The position numbers and the translations under genes are program-made. The notes beneath the pieces were generated by a model, which saw only the letters and a list, made by a program, of their open reading frames with translations, was not told the origin of the DNA and searched no databases. Below, piece by piece: positions 1 through 20,800 of a DNA stretch of 64,000 nucleotides. The DNA is taken from positions 558,001-622,000 of the forward strand of contig CM074818.1 in the NCBI GenBank assembly GCA_037447605.1. Direction: 5' to 3'. This DNA is from Zygnema circumcarinatum SAG 698-1b. Taxonomy: Eukaryota > Plantae > Zygnematophyceae. Position 1 is the stretch's first letter. The number at the start of each line of letters is the position of its first letter.

Positions 1-578
1 GCCTTCCTCCTACCTCTCCTCCCCGCCCCCCTCCCTCTCCCCCTCGCCCTCCTCCTCCCTCTCCCCCTCGCCCTCCCCCTCCCTCTCCCCCTCGCCTTCC
101 TCCTCCCTCTCCTCCCCGCCCTCCTCCTCCCTCCCCTCCTCGCCCTCCCCCTCGATCTCCTCCACTACGACTTCTCCCACCCCCCTCTCTCCCACCACCT
201 CGCCTCTCACCACCTCTCCCTCCGCCATCTCCTCCACCTCCCGGTACTTCCACTCAACCATTCTCCCCCATCGCATTGTCTTGTCCTCTCTCTACATTGA
301 CCCAAACCAACCTTCACAAAGCCCAAACTATAGCTTGTTTGCTTCTTCGGTTTCAACTTCCATGCTTTGCTTTTAAACCCTAAACCCATCTCTCTCCTCT
401 TCCTCCCCCTTCTCCCTCTGCTCTCATCCTCTCTCTCCTTTAAATTTATCCTCTCCTTTCTCCCTCCCCCTCTTTTCTCCCTCCCCTTTCTCCTCGCTCC
501 TTATCCTTCCTCTCTCTCTCTCCTTTTTAAATTTGATCTCTCCTCTCCTCTCTTCTCTCTCTCTTCTCTCCTTCCTCT

Positions 579-697
<119 letters not shown>

Positions 698-712
698 CAT
701 GAATCCGCACAG

Positions 713-9889
<9,177 letters not shown>

Positions 9890-11769
9890 CGCAAAAAAAT
9901 GGGAAAATTAGGGTATTACTATTAGTATGACTATTACTATTACTATCATTAGTATTTTCATTATTATAATTATTTGCGGAGATTGAATAGTATCGTCAGT
10001 AAAACACATTATTCAATGGCTCGATTGAATAATGACCTGGTTTAACGCAAATTGGCGTTGCGTGAGGGTTTAGGGTTCAGGGTTTAAGGTTTACCTTGCT
10101 TGTGATATCTATGAAAGGAGTGGTCTGGTAAAGTCAACTTTTTGTAAAGTTAATAAGAGGATCTTTAGTGAAGGGTGACATTGTGTGGGGGGGGGGGGGG
10201 GGGGGGGGGGNNNNNNNNNNGGGTTGTATCCAAAATCATGTACTATGACTTGTGGTGCATGAGAGCGCATGTGAGCATTTGTGGGACCAAGTTTGAGCCA
10301 TTGACGGGCATTCTAGGAGTCAAAGTGATGTTGTTGGTGGCATTGTGATGTGCAACATGAGTTCACGTTGATTGTGTGTTGGAGTTGCTTGTTCAACAAC
10401 AAAGTAAAAGGATCATGCAATGTGTTATTGCAACGAAAGCCTTTGTCGAAACAAAATATTCGCACATGTGCAACGTCGGAAATTTGGTTGGGCCTAGAAG
10501 ACAAGTTCAAGTTGCTATCATGCGCTCTCATGCTCTCATGCACTTCATGAGCTATTATCGTTCGCCCATAGCCCATCTGTGCATGTTTTTGTGCGGCCCA
10601 GATTGTCATTAGGAACCATGAACATTGCATGCATCGCATGCATCGCGAGGGCATTGTTACACACATCCATCCATCCATCATGGACATTAGGGTTTTAGGA
10701 TTAAAGTGAGGATTGACTCTCAAATTTGATCTTGATAAAGTCAGATAGTTAACTTTACGAGCGCCAACGACCACACTCTAAAGTCACAGCGTGGAACTTC
10801 CCAGCGACCTAATACGAAAGGACAAGTTGAATTGGGCCATACAAGACGGCAGTTAAAACAGGTAATTTTGTCGGCACGGGTCCTTAACTGACCGGTACGG
10901 CTTTGACCTTTGCGCACCGCTAAGGGACAGAACGACCGCCAATAGATTGTCGCCACGTGTTGCAAATGGATTGCATAATGGAGACTTGTTGGATTCTGTC
11001 GGATAAGGACAAAGGAATTTGGGATGCATATCCACGTGGCGATTTCTGATTGCTTGGATTATAGAATTTTGCTCCGCAAATTATAGTAGCTTGCTGACGT
11101 GTCGCCAGGTCGGACCACGTCCGATGTCACGTCACCCATTGCCGACTAATGGGCGACTTACCATCCACCGCCAAATTTTTTTTTCCTGGAACTTTTTGGA
11201 GCCGAATGCTGGTTCGTCCTAATGAAACGTTTCAGAATCAGTATAGTAAAACGAATTAGTCTATCTCCTTAAAAATACTCGTTCTGATATCTTTTGGAAA
11301 AAGTACGGCGGGTTCAAAAGCGATCCACGTCCATACGATTCGTTTCAACTCAAAAAAATAGAATCCGATCTTCACTTACTGTAGTGCGATCTACCTCCCT
11401 CAGAAGAGTCCAAAATGTTCAAATCTTGGAAGTTACTTAAACCGTACTCCACACGATACACGCGATCAAGGTTGATCTGAAACTGGAAAAATTTCAAGGA
11501 TCAACGCATGTTGCTCCACAATCGAGATGGCGAAAGGCAGAGGGGGGCCTCAAGTACAGTAATCTGTCTCTAGATCCACTTCTTCAGGTCCACGTTTTCT
11601 CGCCTACTTCTGATCAATTTTTTTTCAAGTTTCCCATAGCTGAAATATTCCACTAAGCAGATCGGGTCCACCTCATAATCAAACTTATCCACAAGCCGAC
11701 AAAATCCCCCCTCCAGTTTCCGCCTCCGCCAGCTAAACCTCCCTCCAACCGCCACTTCACTGTAGTGGA

Positions 11770-11842
11770 CTGACGTCACCAGTCCTAACCGCTGACGTTA
11801 TCACGACCACTGTGGCGTCACCAGTCGTAACCACTGACGTCA
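11770..11842. promoter_or_regulatory. Cluster of TGACGTCA-like (bZIP/TGA) motifs upstream of the CHASE kinase ATG
   Basis: TGACGTCA at 11771 and 11835, TGACGTTA at 11793, TGGCGTCA at about 11813; roughly 21-bp spacing; ends about 60 bp before ATG 11900. Confidence 0.4.
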
Positions 11843-11899
11843 GCAGTCCCGCCGCCTTTTTCCCTCCCGCGCGGCGAAGAAGGCTCAAGCTCGCGAGCC

Positions 11900-14800
11900 A
11901 TGGCGACGGAGGGTCCCAGGATGGCCACGTGGCGCCACCTCCGGGAATCACGGGCGGTGTTGATGGCATGGCGGCTCTGGATGCCGTTGTTTTTGACAGC
12001 GTGGCTGATCGGAGGGCTGTGGTTGGCCGGGTGGTCCACGTGGCACCATCGCCAGAGCCGCGCGGTGGCCCGCGAGGCCGCGCTCCGCAATTGGTGCAAT
12101 GAGCGCGCGCGCTCCGTCTCGCAGCAATTCAACGCCACCGCGAACCTCGTGCGGGTGCGCCCTCTCCCTCTTGCCCCCCTCCCTCTCTCTCCTTCTCTCT
12201 CTCTCTCCCCTATACTCCCTCTACTTTTCTCTCGCTCTATCCTTATCTCTCTCTATCTCCTCTCTCTCTCTCCCCAAGCTGTCTCCCTCTCTCCAATTCT
12301 TTATTTCACCCCCCCTCTCTCCCTTTCGCATTCCTATGCCTCTCTCCTTCTCTCTCCCTTTCTCCTTCTCTCTCTATCTCCTTCTCTCTCTCTCCCCAAC
12401 CTCTCTCCCTCTCTCCATTTATTTATTTCACCCCCTTTCTCTCTCTCTTTCGAATTCCTATCTCTTTCCTCCTCTCTCTCTTTTTCCTTCTCTCTCTATT
12501 TCCTTCTCTCTGTCTCTTTTCTCTCTCCCCCCCCAATCGCTCTCCCTCTCTCCATTTATTATTTCACCCCCTTTCTCTCTCTCTTTCGCATTCCTATGTC
12601 TCTCTCTCTATCTCCTTCTCTCTGTCTCTTTTCACTCTCCCACCCCAATCTCTCTCCCTCTCTCCATTTATTATTTCACCCCCTTTCTCTCTCTTTCGCA
12701 TTCCTATGTCTCTCTCCTTCTCTCTCTTTCTCCTTCCCTCTTGATCTCCTTCTCTCTGTCTAGTTTCTCTCTCCCCCCCAATCTCTCTCCCTCTCTCCAT
12801 TTATTTATTTCACCCCCTCTCTCTCTCTTTCGCATTCCTATGTCGCGCTCCTCTCTCTCTTTCTCTCTCTCTCTTTATTTCTCAATCTCTCACTCTCGCC
12901 TGTCCATTTCTCCCTCTCTCTCTGTCCTTGTCTCGCTCGCTCTCTCTTTCTATCGCTCTCCCCTACACACTCTCACTTCTCCCCTTCTCTTTCTCCCTTA
13001 TTGGCATGCAAACAGAGATAGAGAGACAAAAGAAAAAAGGAAAAGGACAGAGAGTGACCTCTCCCTCATTCCTTCTCCTCCTCTCTCTCCCCCTCTCTCA
13101 CTCTCTCTTCGCTTCTCCGTCCTCAACTTTTAGGTTCTCGGACGCTGTCCCTTCCCTTTCTCAATCTCTTTCTGTGTCTCTCTCCCTCTCGCCCATATTT
13201 ACCCCTCTCTTCTCTCTCTCCCTCCTCCACCGAAATCTTTATTGTGCCTCTTTCTCTCCCTCTCGTCCAAGCCCCCCCCCTCTAATTTTTTCTCTCCCTC
13301 CTCCCCCTTGCAAGCGTCCCTCTACGTCCTTGATCCCTCGCCTCCCTTCGCCTCCTCCAAAATATTCCCTTTCACTCTCCCTCCCCCCTTACTCTCTCCC
13401 TCTCGCTTTTCTACTCTACTTCCTCCACCCCTTTCACCTCTTCATTCCACCCCAATATCCTCTTCCTCCCTCCCTCCCTCCCTCCCTCCCTCACTCTGCC
13501 CCCGTTCCCCTCCCTCCAAGATGATCTTTTCCTGATGGCTAGTTTATTGTGTTCAATTTTTATGCATTCCTTAGAAATCTTGGAGCCATATTGCACATGC
13601 ATGCAACTTGGTCCAACTCAAGCCCTACGCTCACGCCTCTCCTCCTCAACCCAAAACCCGTCTCCCTAAACCCAACTCTTCCATCCTCCCTCACCCCCCT
13701 AATGCCACTCTCTCTCTCTTCCTCTCTCTCTCTCTCCCTCTCTCTCTCTCTCGCCCATCTCATGCTCCCCACCAAGACTCCCCCTCAGCCGTACCCTCCA
13801 AACCCTAATTCCACCCCCTCCCCTCAGATCTTCAGCGGGCTCGCGTACGTGTTCGGGCGCGCGGCGGACCGCAACCCGTGGGCGGTCTCGAGCTGCGTCA
13901 CGCAGGACACCTTCGCGCAGTACGCGGCGGCCACGGCCTACGCGAGGCCGTGGATCAACGTGCTCGCGTGGGGGGTCTTCGTCACCGCCGCGCAGAGGCA
14001 ATGATCATGGGAAGGGGAAGGGCGATGGGGGGACATGGGGTCGTAGGGTCATGGGGGTCATGGGGGTCATGGGGGGAAATGGGGTCATGGGGGAAATGTG
14101 GGGATGGGGGGACATGGGGGCCGTGGGGTCTTGGTGGGATGGGAGGACATGGGATCATGGGGAGATATAGGGGCCATGGGGTCTTGGTGGGATAGGAAGG
14201 CATGGGGTCATGGGGGTCATGGGATCATGGGGGGATGGGGGGCCATGGGGTCTAGGTGGGATAGGGGGACATGGGATCATGGGGGGACATGGGGTCATGG
14301 GGTCATGGGAGAAATGGGGTCATGGGGGGAAATGGGGGGATGGGGGGACATGGGGGCCGTGGGGTCTAGGTGGGATAGGGGGACATGGGATCATGGGGGG
14401 ACATGGGGTCATGGGGTCATGGGAGAAATGGGGTCATGGGGGGAAACGGGGGGATGGGGGGACATGGGGGCCGTGGGGTCTTGGTGGGATGGGAGGACAT
14501 GGGATCATGGGGAGATATAGGGGCCATGGAGTCTTGGTGGGATAGGAAGGCATGGGGTCATGGGGGTCATGGGATCATGGGGGGATGGGGGGCCATGGGG
14601 TCTAGGTGGGATAGGGGGACATGGGATCATGGGGGGACATGGGGTCATGGGGTCATGGGGGAAATGGGGTCATGGGGGGAAATGGGGGGCCATGGGGTCT
14701 AGGTGGGATAGGGGGACATGGGATCATGAGGCTCTCTCTCTCCCTCTCTCTCTCTCTCCCTCTCTCTCTCTCTCTCTCCCTCTCTCTCTCTCTCCCTCTC

Positions 14801-17800
14801 TCTCTCTCTCCCTCTCTCTCTCTCTCCCTCTCTCTCTCTCTCCCTCTCTCTCTCTCTCCCTCTCTCTCTCTCTCCCTCTCTCTCTCTCTCCCTCTCTCTC
14901 TCTCTCCCTCTCTCTCTCTCTCCCTCTCTCTCTCTCTCCCTCTCTCTCTCTCTCCCTCTCTCTCTCTCTCCCTCTCTCTCTCTCTCCCTCTCTCTCTCTC
15001 TCCCTCTCTCTCTCTCTCCCTCTCTCTCTCTCTCCCTCTCTCTCTCTCTCCCTCTCTCTCTCTCTCCCTCTCTCTCTCTCTCCCTCTCTCTCTCTCTCCC
15101 TCTCTCTCTCTCTCCCTCTCTCTCTCTCTCCCTCTCTCTCTCTCTCCCTCTCTCTCTCTCTCCCTCTCTCTCTCTCTCCCTCTCTCTCTCTCTCCCTCTC
15201 TCTCTCTCTCCCTCTCTCTCTCTCTCCCTCTCTCTCTCTCTCCCTCTCTCTCTCTCTCCCTCTCTCTCTCTCTCCCTCTCTCTCTCTCTCCCTCTCTCTC
15301 TCTCTCCCTCTCTCTCTCTCTCCCTCTCTCTCTCTCTCCCTCTCTCTCTCTCTCCCTCTCTCTCTCTCTCCCTCTCTCTCTCTCTCCCTCTCTCTCTCTC
15401 TCCCTCTCTCTCTCTCTCCCTCTCTCTCTCTCTCCCTCTCTCTCTCTCTCCCTCTCTCTCTCTCTCCCTCTCTCTCTCTCTCCCTCTCTCTCTCTCTCCC
15501 TCTCTCTCTCTCTCCCTCTCTCTCTCTCTCCCTCTCTCTCTCTCTCCCTCTCTCTCTCTCTCCCTCTCTCTCTCTCTCCCTCTCTCTCTCTCTCCCTCTC
15601 TCTCTCTCTCCCTCTCTCTCTCTCTCCCTCTCTCTCTTCCTTCCCTCTCTCCCCTCCCTCCTCTATAAGAAAATTTACAGGTCCACATGAACCCTTTCAA
15701 CCTTTCCCTGACACCAATTAACTCTCGTCAATTTCCATCGTTTTTTTTCAGGTCGCATTTTGAGCAAACTTTTGGGTTTCCGATATTGAACTACGGCACG
15801 GGCAGGCGGAGACTCAGAAGGCGCTCTACGTCCCCATGGTGTACACCTCCGACAAGGGGCCATGGAGTCTTGGTGGGATAGGAAGGCATGGGGTCATGGG
15901 GGTCATGGGATCATGGGGGGATGGGGGGCCATGGGGTCTAGGTGGGATAGGGGGACATGGGATCATGGGGGGACATGGGGTCATGGGGGTCATGGGGGAA
16001 AATGGGATCATGGGGGGATGGGGGGTCATGGGGTTTAGGTGAGATAGGGGGACATGGGATCATGGGGGGACATGGGGTCATGGGGGTACATGGGATCATG
16101 GGAAGAAATTAGGGTCATAGGGTGACGGGGTCATGATCAGACATGGGGTCATGGGAGGGCATGGGGTCATGGGGGACATGGGGTCATGGGGGTCATGGGG
16201 GAAAATGGGATCATGGGGGGATGGGGGGTCATGGGGTTTAGGTGAGATAGGGGGACATGGGATCATGGGGGGACATGGGGTCATGGGGGTACATGGGATC
16301 ATGGGAAGAAATTAGGGTCATAGGGTGACGGGGTCATGATCAGACATGGGGTCATGGGAGGGCATGGGGTCATGGGGGACATGGGAGGACGTGGTCATAG
16401 GAAGATATAGGGTCATGGAGGGACATGAGTCATGGGAAGACATGGGTCATGAGGGGACATGGCGTCTCGGGGGTCATGGGATCATGGAGGTCATGGGGGA
16501 ATTGGGAAGTACATGGGTATGGTATTTGCGCATGTAGTCATAGTCTTTAATAACGTGCAAATGTTGAAGGTGAGGGACATGCGTTCATGCCTCTTCCACC
16601 CATCCCTCTTTGCCTTCCTCAACCCTTACTTCCTCTCCTCTCGACGCTTTTCCTCTCCCCCAACCATCTCCTCCCCGCTTCCTCCTTTCTTCCGGACTGC
16701 CTTCAACTGTCTCAATTTCTGTCCTCTCACTGTTTCCCACGCTCCCTCTCCCTCCATCCTCTTCCCTCCCGCACTTTTTCCCTCTTTCTCGCACTTTTCC
16801 TTTCTCCGCTCCCTCCTCTCTCCCCCTCTCTTCCCCCCCTCTCCCCCTCTCTTCCTTCCCTCTCTCCCCCTCCCTCCCCCCCCTCCCCCCCTCTCCTCTA
16901 TAAGAAAATTTACAGGTCCACATGAACCCTTTCAACCTTTCCCCTGACACCAATTAACTCTCGTCAATTTCCATCGTTTTTTTTCAGGTCGCATTTTGAG
17001 CAAACTTTTGGGTTTCCGATATTGAACTACGGCACGGGGCAGGCGGAGACTCAGAAGGCGCTCTACGTCCCCATGGTGTACACCTCCGACAAGGGCCGGC
17101 CCGACTGGAACTGTTGCTATGACGCCCTCTCCAGTTCCGTTGTCGGTCCGTTGATCCAAACAGCCATAGAGACGCGCCAGTTCAGTTTCAGTCGGCCGTA
17201 CCTCCTCCAAACGGCGCAAAGGGGTGTTGGTGAGAAAGATCTAAAAGCCCTAAAACCCTAAAAACCCTAAAACCCTTAAAACCCTAACCCTGAAAACCCT
17301 AAAAACCCTAAAACCCTAGAAACCCTAAAAACCCGAAACCCTAACACCCTAAAAACCCTAATAACCCTAAAAAATCTAAACCCTAAAACTCTAAAAACCC
17401 TATACTATGATTGTGCAGCCTTTGCCATTCCCCTGTTTGACAACTCTCCGAATGCGAGCTCCCCTCCGGCCGTGACCGGCATCCTCGGCGGCTCCATCAT
17501 CACGGACGCGCTCATCAACAATCTCCTCGCAGAGCAGCTCAACACAAGTATGTGTATGTATATGCACGCATGCATCTTTGTATATGTATGTTTATGCGTA
17601 CATGTATGTATGTATGTATGTATATGTTTATGTATGACCTTCTTCTACATTCTTGAACGTTCCCATTGCTTCCCCGTTCCCGTGTTGCTCCTTCATTCTT
17701 CATACTCATCTCTTTTTTAGGGTTTCCTCGATGAATCCATGAACAGCGGATAAGTTCACTCTGGAAATATACGATGTGACGAGTTCAAGGGAGAGTCCCC

Positions 17801-20800
17801 CCCAGCTGTACGGCCCGGGGCCCCCTCTCCTTGAAGCCGTCCCCGGCCGTGAGCGGCCGCCGGTCGCTGCGAGTCCAAATAACATCACAAAGCCACACCG
17901 GTACAAGATGGTGGTGCCCTTAATCCTCGGCGATCCGAGGAGGTCCGTCGAAGCATGGTGCAGGTAACCCGAAAAACCCTAAAGTTTATAAAACCCTAGA
18001 AATTCTAAAACCCTGAAGTTTCTAAAACCCTAAAGATTCTAAGACCTTCACACTTCGAAAACCCTAGAATTTATAAAACCTAAGGAATTTCTAAAACCCG
18101 AAAGTTTCTAAAACCCTCAAATTTTACCCCCATGTTTTTCTTAAATTTTTTCCTTTTAACTTTTTTGCAGATATGAAGACTATGATCATGTCCCCTGGGG
18201 ATGGGACTCCATCTCATGGGGCCTTCTCTTCGGCACAGTTGTGCTGCTAGTTTTTTACATAGTGCTGTTCATGGCTCGCCGTAACGCCACCATGCAGGCG
18301 GCGTACGCGCACATGGAAACGCTTAAAGGAGAGGCGGAGGCCGCGGATAAAGCCAAAAGCAACTTCCTCGCCATGGTGTCGCATGAGATTCGAACGCCCA
18401 TGAATGGGGTTCTAGGTGGGTTTTTTGGCAACGAAAAAAACACTAAATTTACGAAAAGAAAAATTTAAGAAAAAAAAAATGAACTACAACGTGGTTGACG
18501 AAAGCGTTTGAAATGCAAGCCATGAAATTTCGAAATTGCCACAAAATGTGAGGGGAGGGGATTCTACTTCTCCCTGCCCCGACGTTGCCCTCCACATTGT
18601 GCATGAAGTTGCATGTTCCCCAACCTTCCCCGCAGGCATGCTAGGCATCCTCCTCGACTCCCCATTGGACGCCCACCAGACGGAGCACGTCCGTACGGCG
18701 CAGTCCTGCGGGGAATCGCTCGTGGTTCTCCTGAACGGCGTCCTCGACCTCGCGAAGGTCGAGGCCGGGAAGCTCCAACTCGAGGCCATTCGATTCGGCC
18801 TTAAGGACGCGCTGGGGGAGACGCTCGACATCTTTCAGGGGAGGGCGAGGGAGAAGGGCATTCAAGGTATGGGGAGGGGGAGGGGGGGGGAGAGGGAGAG
18901 GGGAGAGGGGGAGGGGGAGTGGGGGAGGGAGGGGGAGGGGGAGGGAGGGGGAGGGGGGAGGGGAGAGGGAGGAGGGGGAGGGGGAGGGGGAGGGGGGGGA
19001 GGGGGGAGGGAGGGGGAGGGAGAGGGGAGGAGGGGGAGGGGGAGGGAGGGGGAGGGGGAGGGGAGGGAGGGGGAGGGAGAGGGGAGGAGGGGGAGGGGGA
19101 GGGGGAGGGAGGGGGAGGGAGGGGACGGGAGAGGGGAGGAGGGGAGGGGGGAGGAGGAGGGGGAGGAGGGGGAGGGAGGGGGGAGGGGAGGGGAGGGGGA
19201 GGGGAGGGGAGGGGAGGGGGAGGGGGAGGGGAGGGGAGGGGGAGGGGAGGGGGGATGGGAGAGGGAGGAGGGGGGGAGGGGGGAGGGGGAGGAGGGGGAG
19301 GGGGAGGGAGAGGGAGGAGGGGAGGGGAGGGGGAGGGGAGGGGGGAGGGGAGGGGGACGGGAGAGGGAGGAGGGGGAGGGGGGAGGGGAGGGGAGGGGGA
19401 GGAGGGGGAGGGAGGGGGAGGGGAGGGGAGGGGAGGGAGGGGGAGGGAGGGGAGGGGAGGAGGGGAGGGGAGGGGGAAGGGGGAGGTGGGGGAGGGGGAG
19501 GGGGGGAGGGAGGGGGGAGGGGGAGGGAGGGGGAGGTGGGGGAGGGAGAGGAGGAGGGGGAGGGGGAGGGGGAGGGGAGGGGGAGGGGGAGGAGAGGGGA
19601 GGAGGGGGAGGGGGAGGAGGGAGGGGGGAGGGGGAGGGAGAGGGGAGAGGGAGGGAGGAGGAGGGGGGGAGGGGGAGGAGGGAGGGGGGGGGAGGGGGAA
19701 GGGGAGGGGGAGGGAGGGGGAAGGGGGAGGTGGGAGGGGGGGAGGGGAGGGGGAGGAGGGAGGGGAGGGGAGGGGAGGGGGGAGGGGAGGGGGAGGTGGG
19801 GAGGGGGAGGGAGGGGGGGAGGGAGAGGGAGGAGGGGGGGGAGGGGGAGGGGGAGGGGAGGGGAGGGGAGGGGGGAGGGGGAGGGGGAGGGGAGAGGGAG
19901 GAGGGGGAGGGGAGGGGGGGAGGGGAGGGAGGAGGAGGGGGGATGGGGAAGGGGAGGGGGAGGGGGAGGGGGAAGGGGGAGGTGGGAGGGGAGGGGGGAG
20001 GGGGAGGGGAGGAGGGGGGATGGGGAAGGGGGAGGTGGAGGGTGGAGGGGGGAGGGAGGGGGAAGGGGGAGGGGGGGAGGGAGGTGGGGGAGGGAGGGGG
20101 GGAGGGGGGGAGGGGAGGGAGAGGGAGGGAGGGGGGGAGGGGGGGAGGGAGGAGGGATGGGGAAGGGGAGGGGGGAGGGGAGGGGAGGGGAGGGGGAGGA
20201 GGGGGAGGGGGGGAGGGAGGGGGAAGGGGAGGGGGAGGGAGGTGGGGGAGGGGGGGAGGGGGAGGGAGAGGGGAGGAGGGGGAGGGGAGGGGGGGGGAGG
20301 GGGGAGGGGGAGGAAAGGGGAGGAGAAGGGATCGGGGGAGGAGGTGGAGGAGTGAGCTAGAGAAGAGAGGGATAATAGTTCTTGAATTCCTAAAGGGTGA
20401 AATCCTAAGAATGCTGTTTCCTTTCTTATCTGATCGGTGCGTCGTTGTTATTATTTTTTCCTGCAGTTGCGGGTCTTTTAGATGTTGACGTTCCGGAACT
20501 CGTCATCGGAGATCAAATGCGTTTTCGGCAAGTCCTTGTCAACCTCATAGGTGGGGCCCACCACATTGGATTGGACCTGTAACCTCTCTCTCTCCCCCTC
20601 TCTCCTCTCAGTTTCTCGTTTTTTTCTTCTCCCTCTTTCTTCCCTCTCTCCGCTTCCCGGATTTTTGAAGGTTTGATATTTTGGAGTTTTGGCTTGTTGA
20701 AGAGCTAGGGCTCTTGAAAGTCTAAATTTCAAACAATTTGAGGGATTCAAGCTATCTGTTCTCTGACATGTTATATATGTATGTATGCTTATACACTTTG

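Noticed and set aside
200-400. Possible upstream protease prodomain exon
   Set aside because: No I29/ERFNIN-like motif or clear splice pair could be identified by eye.
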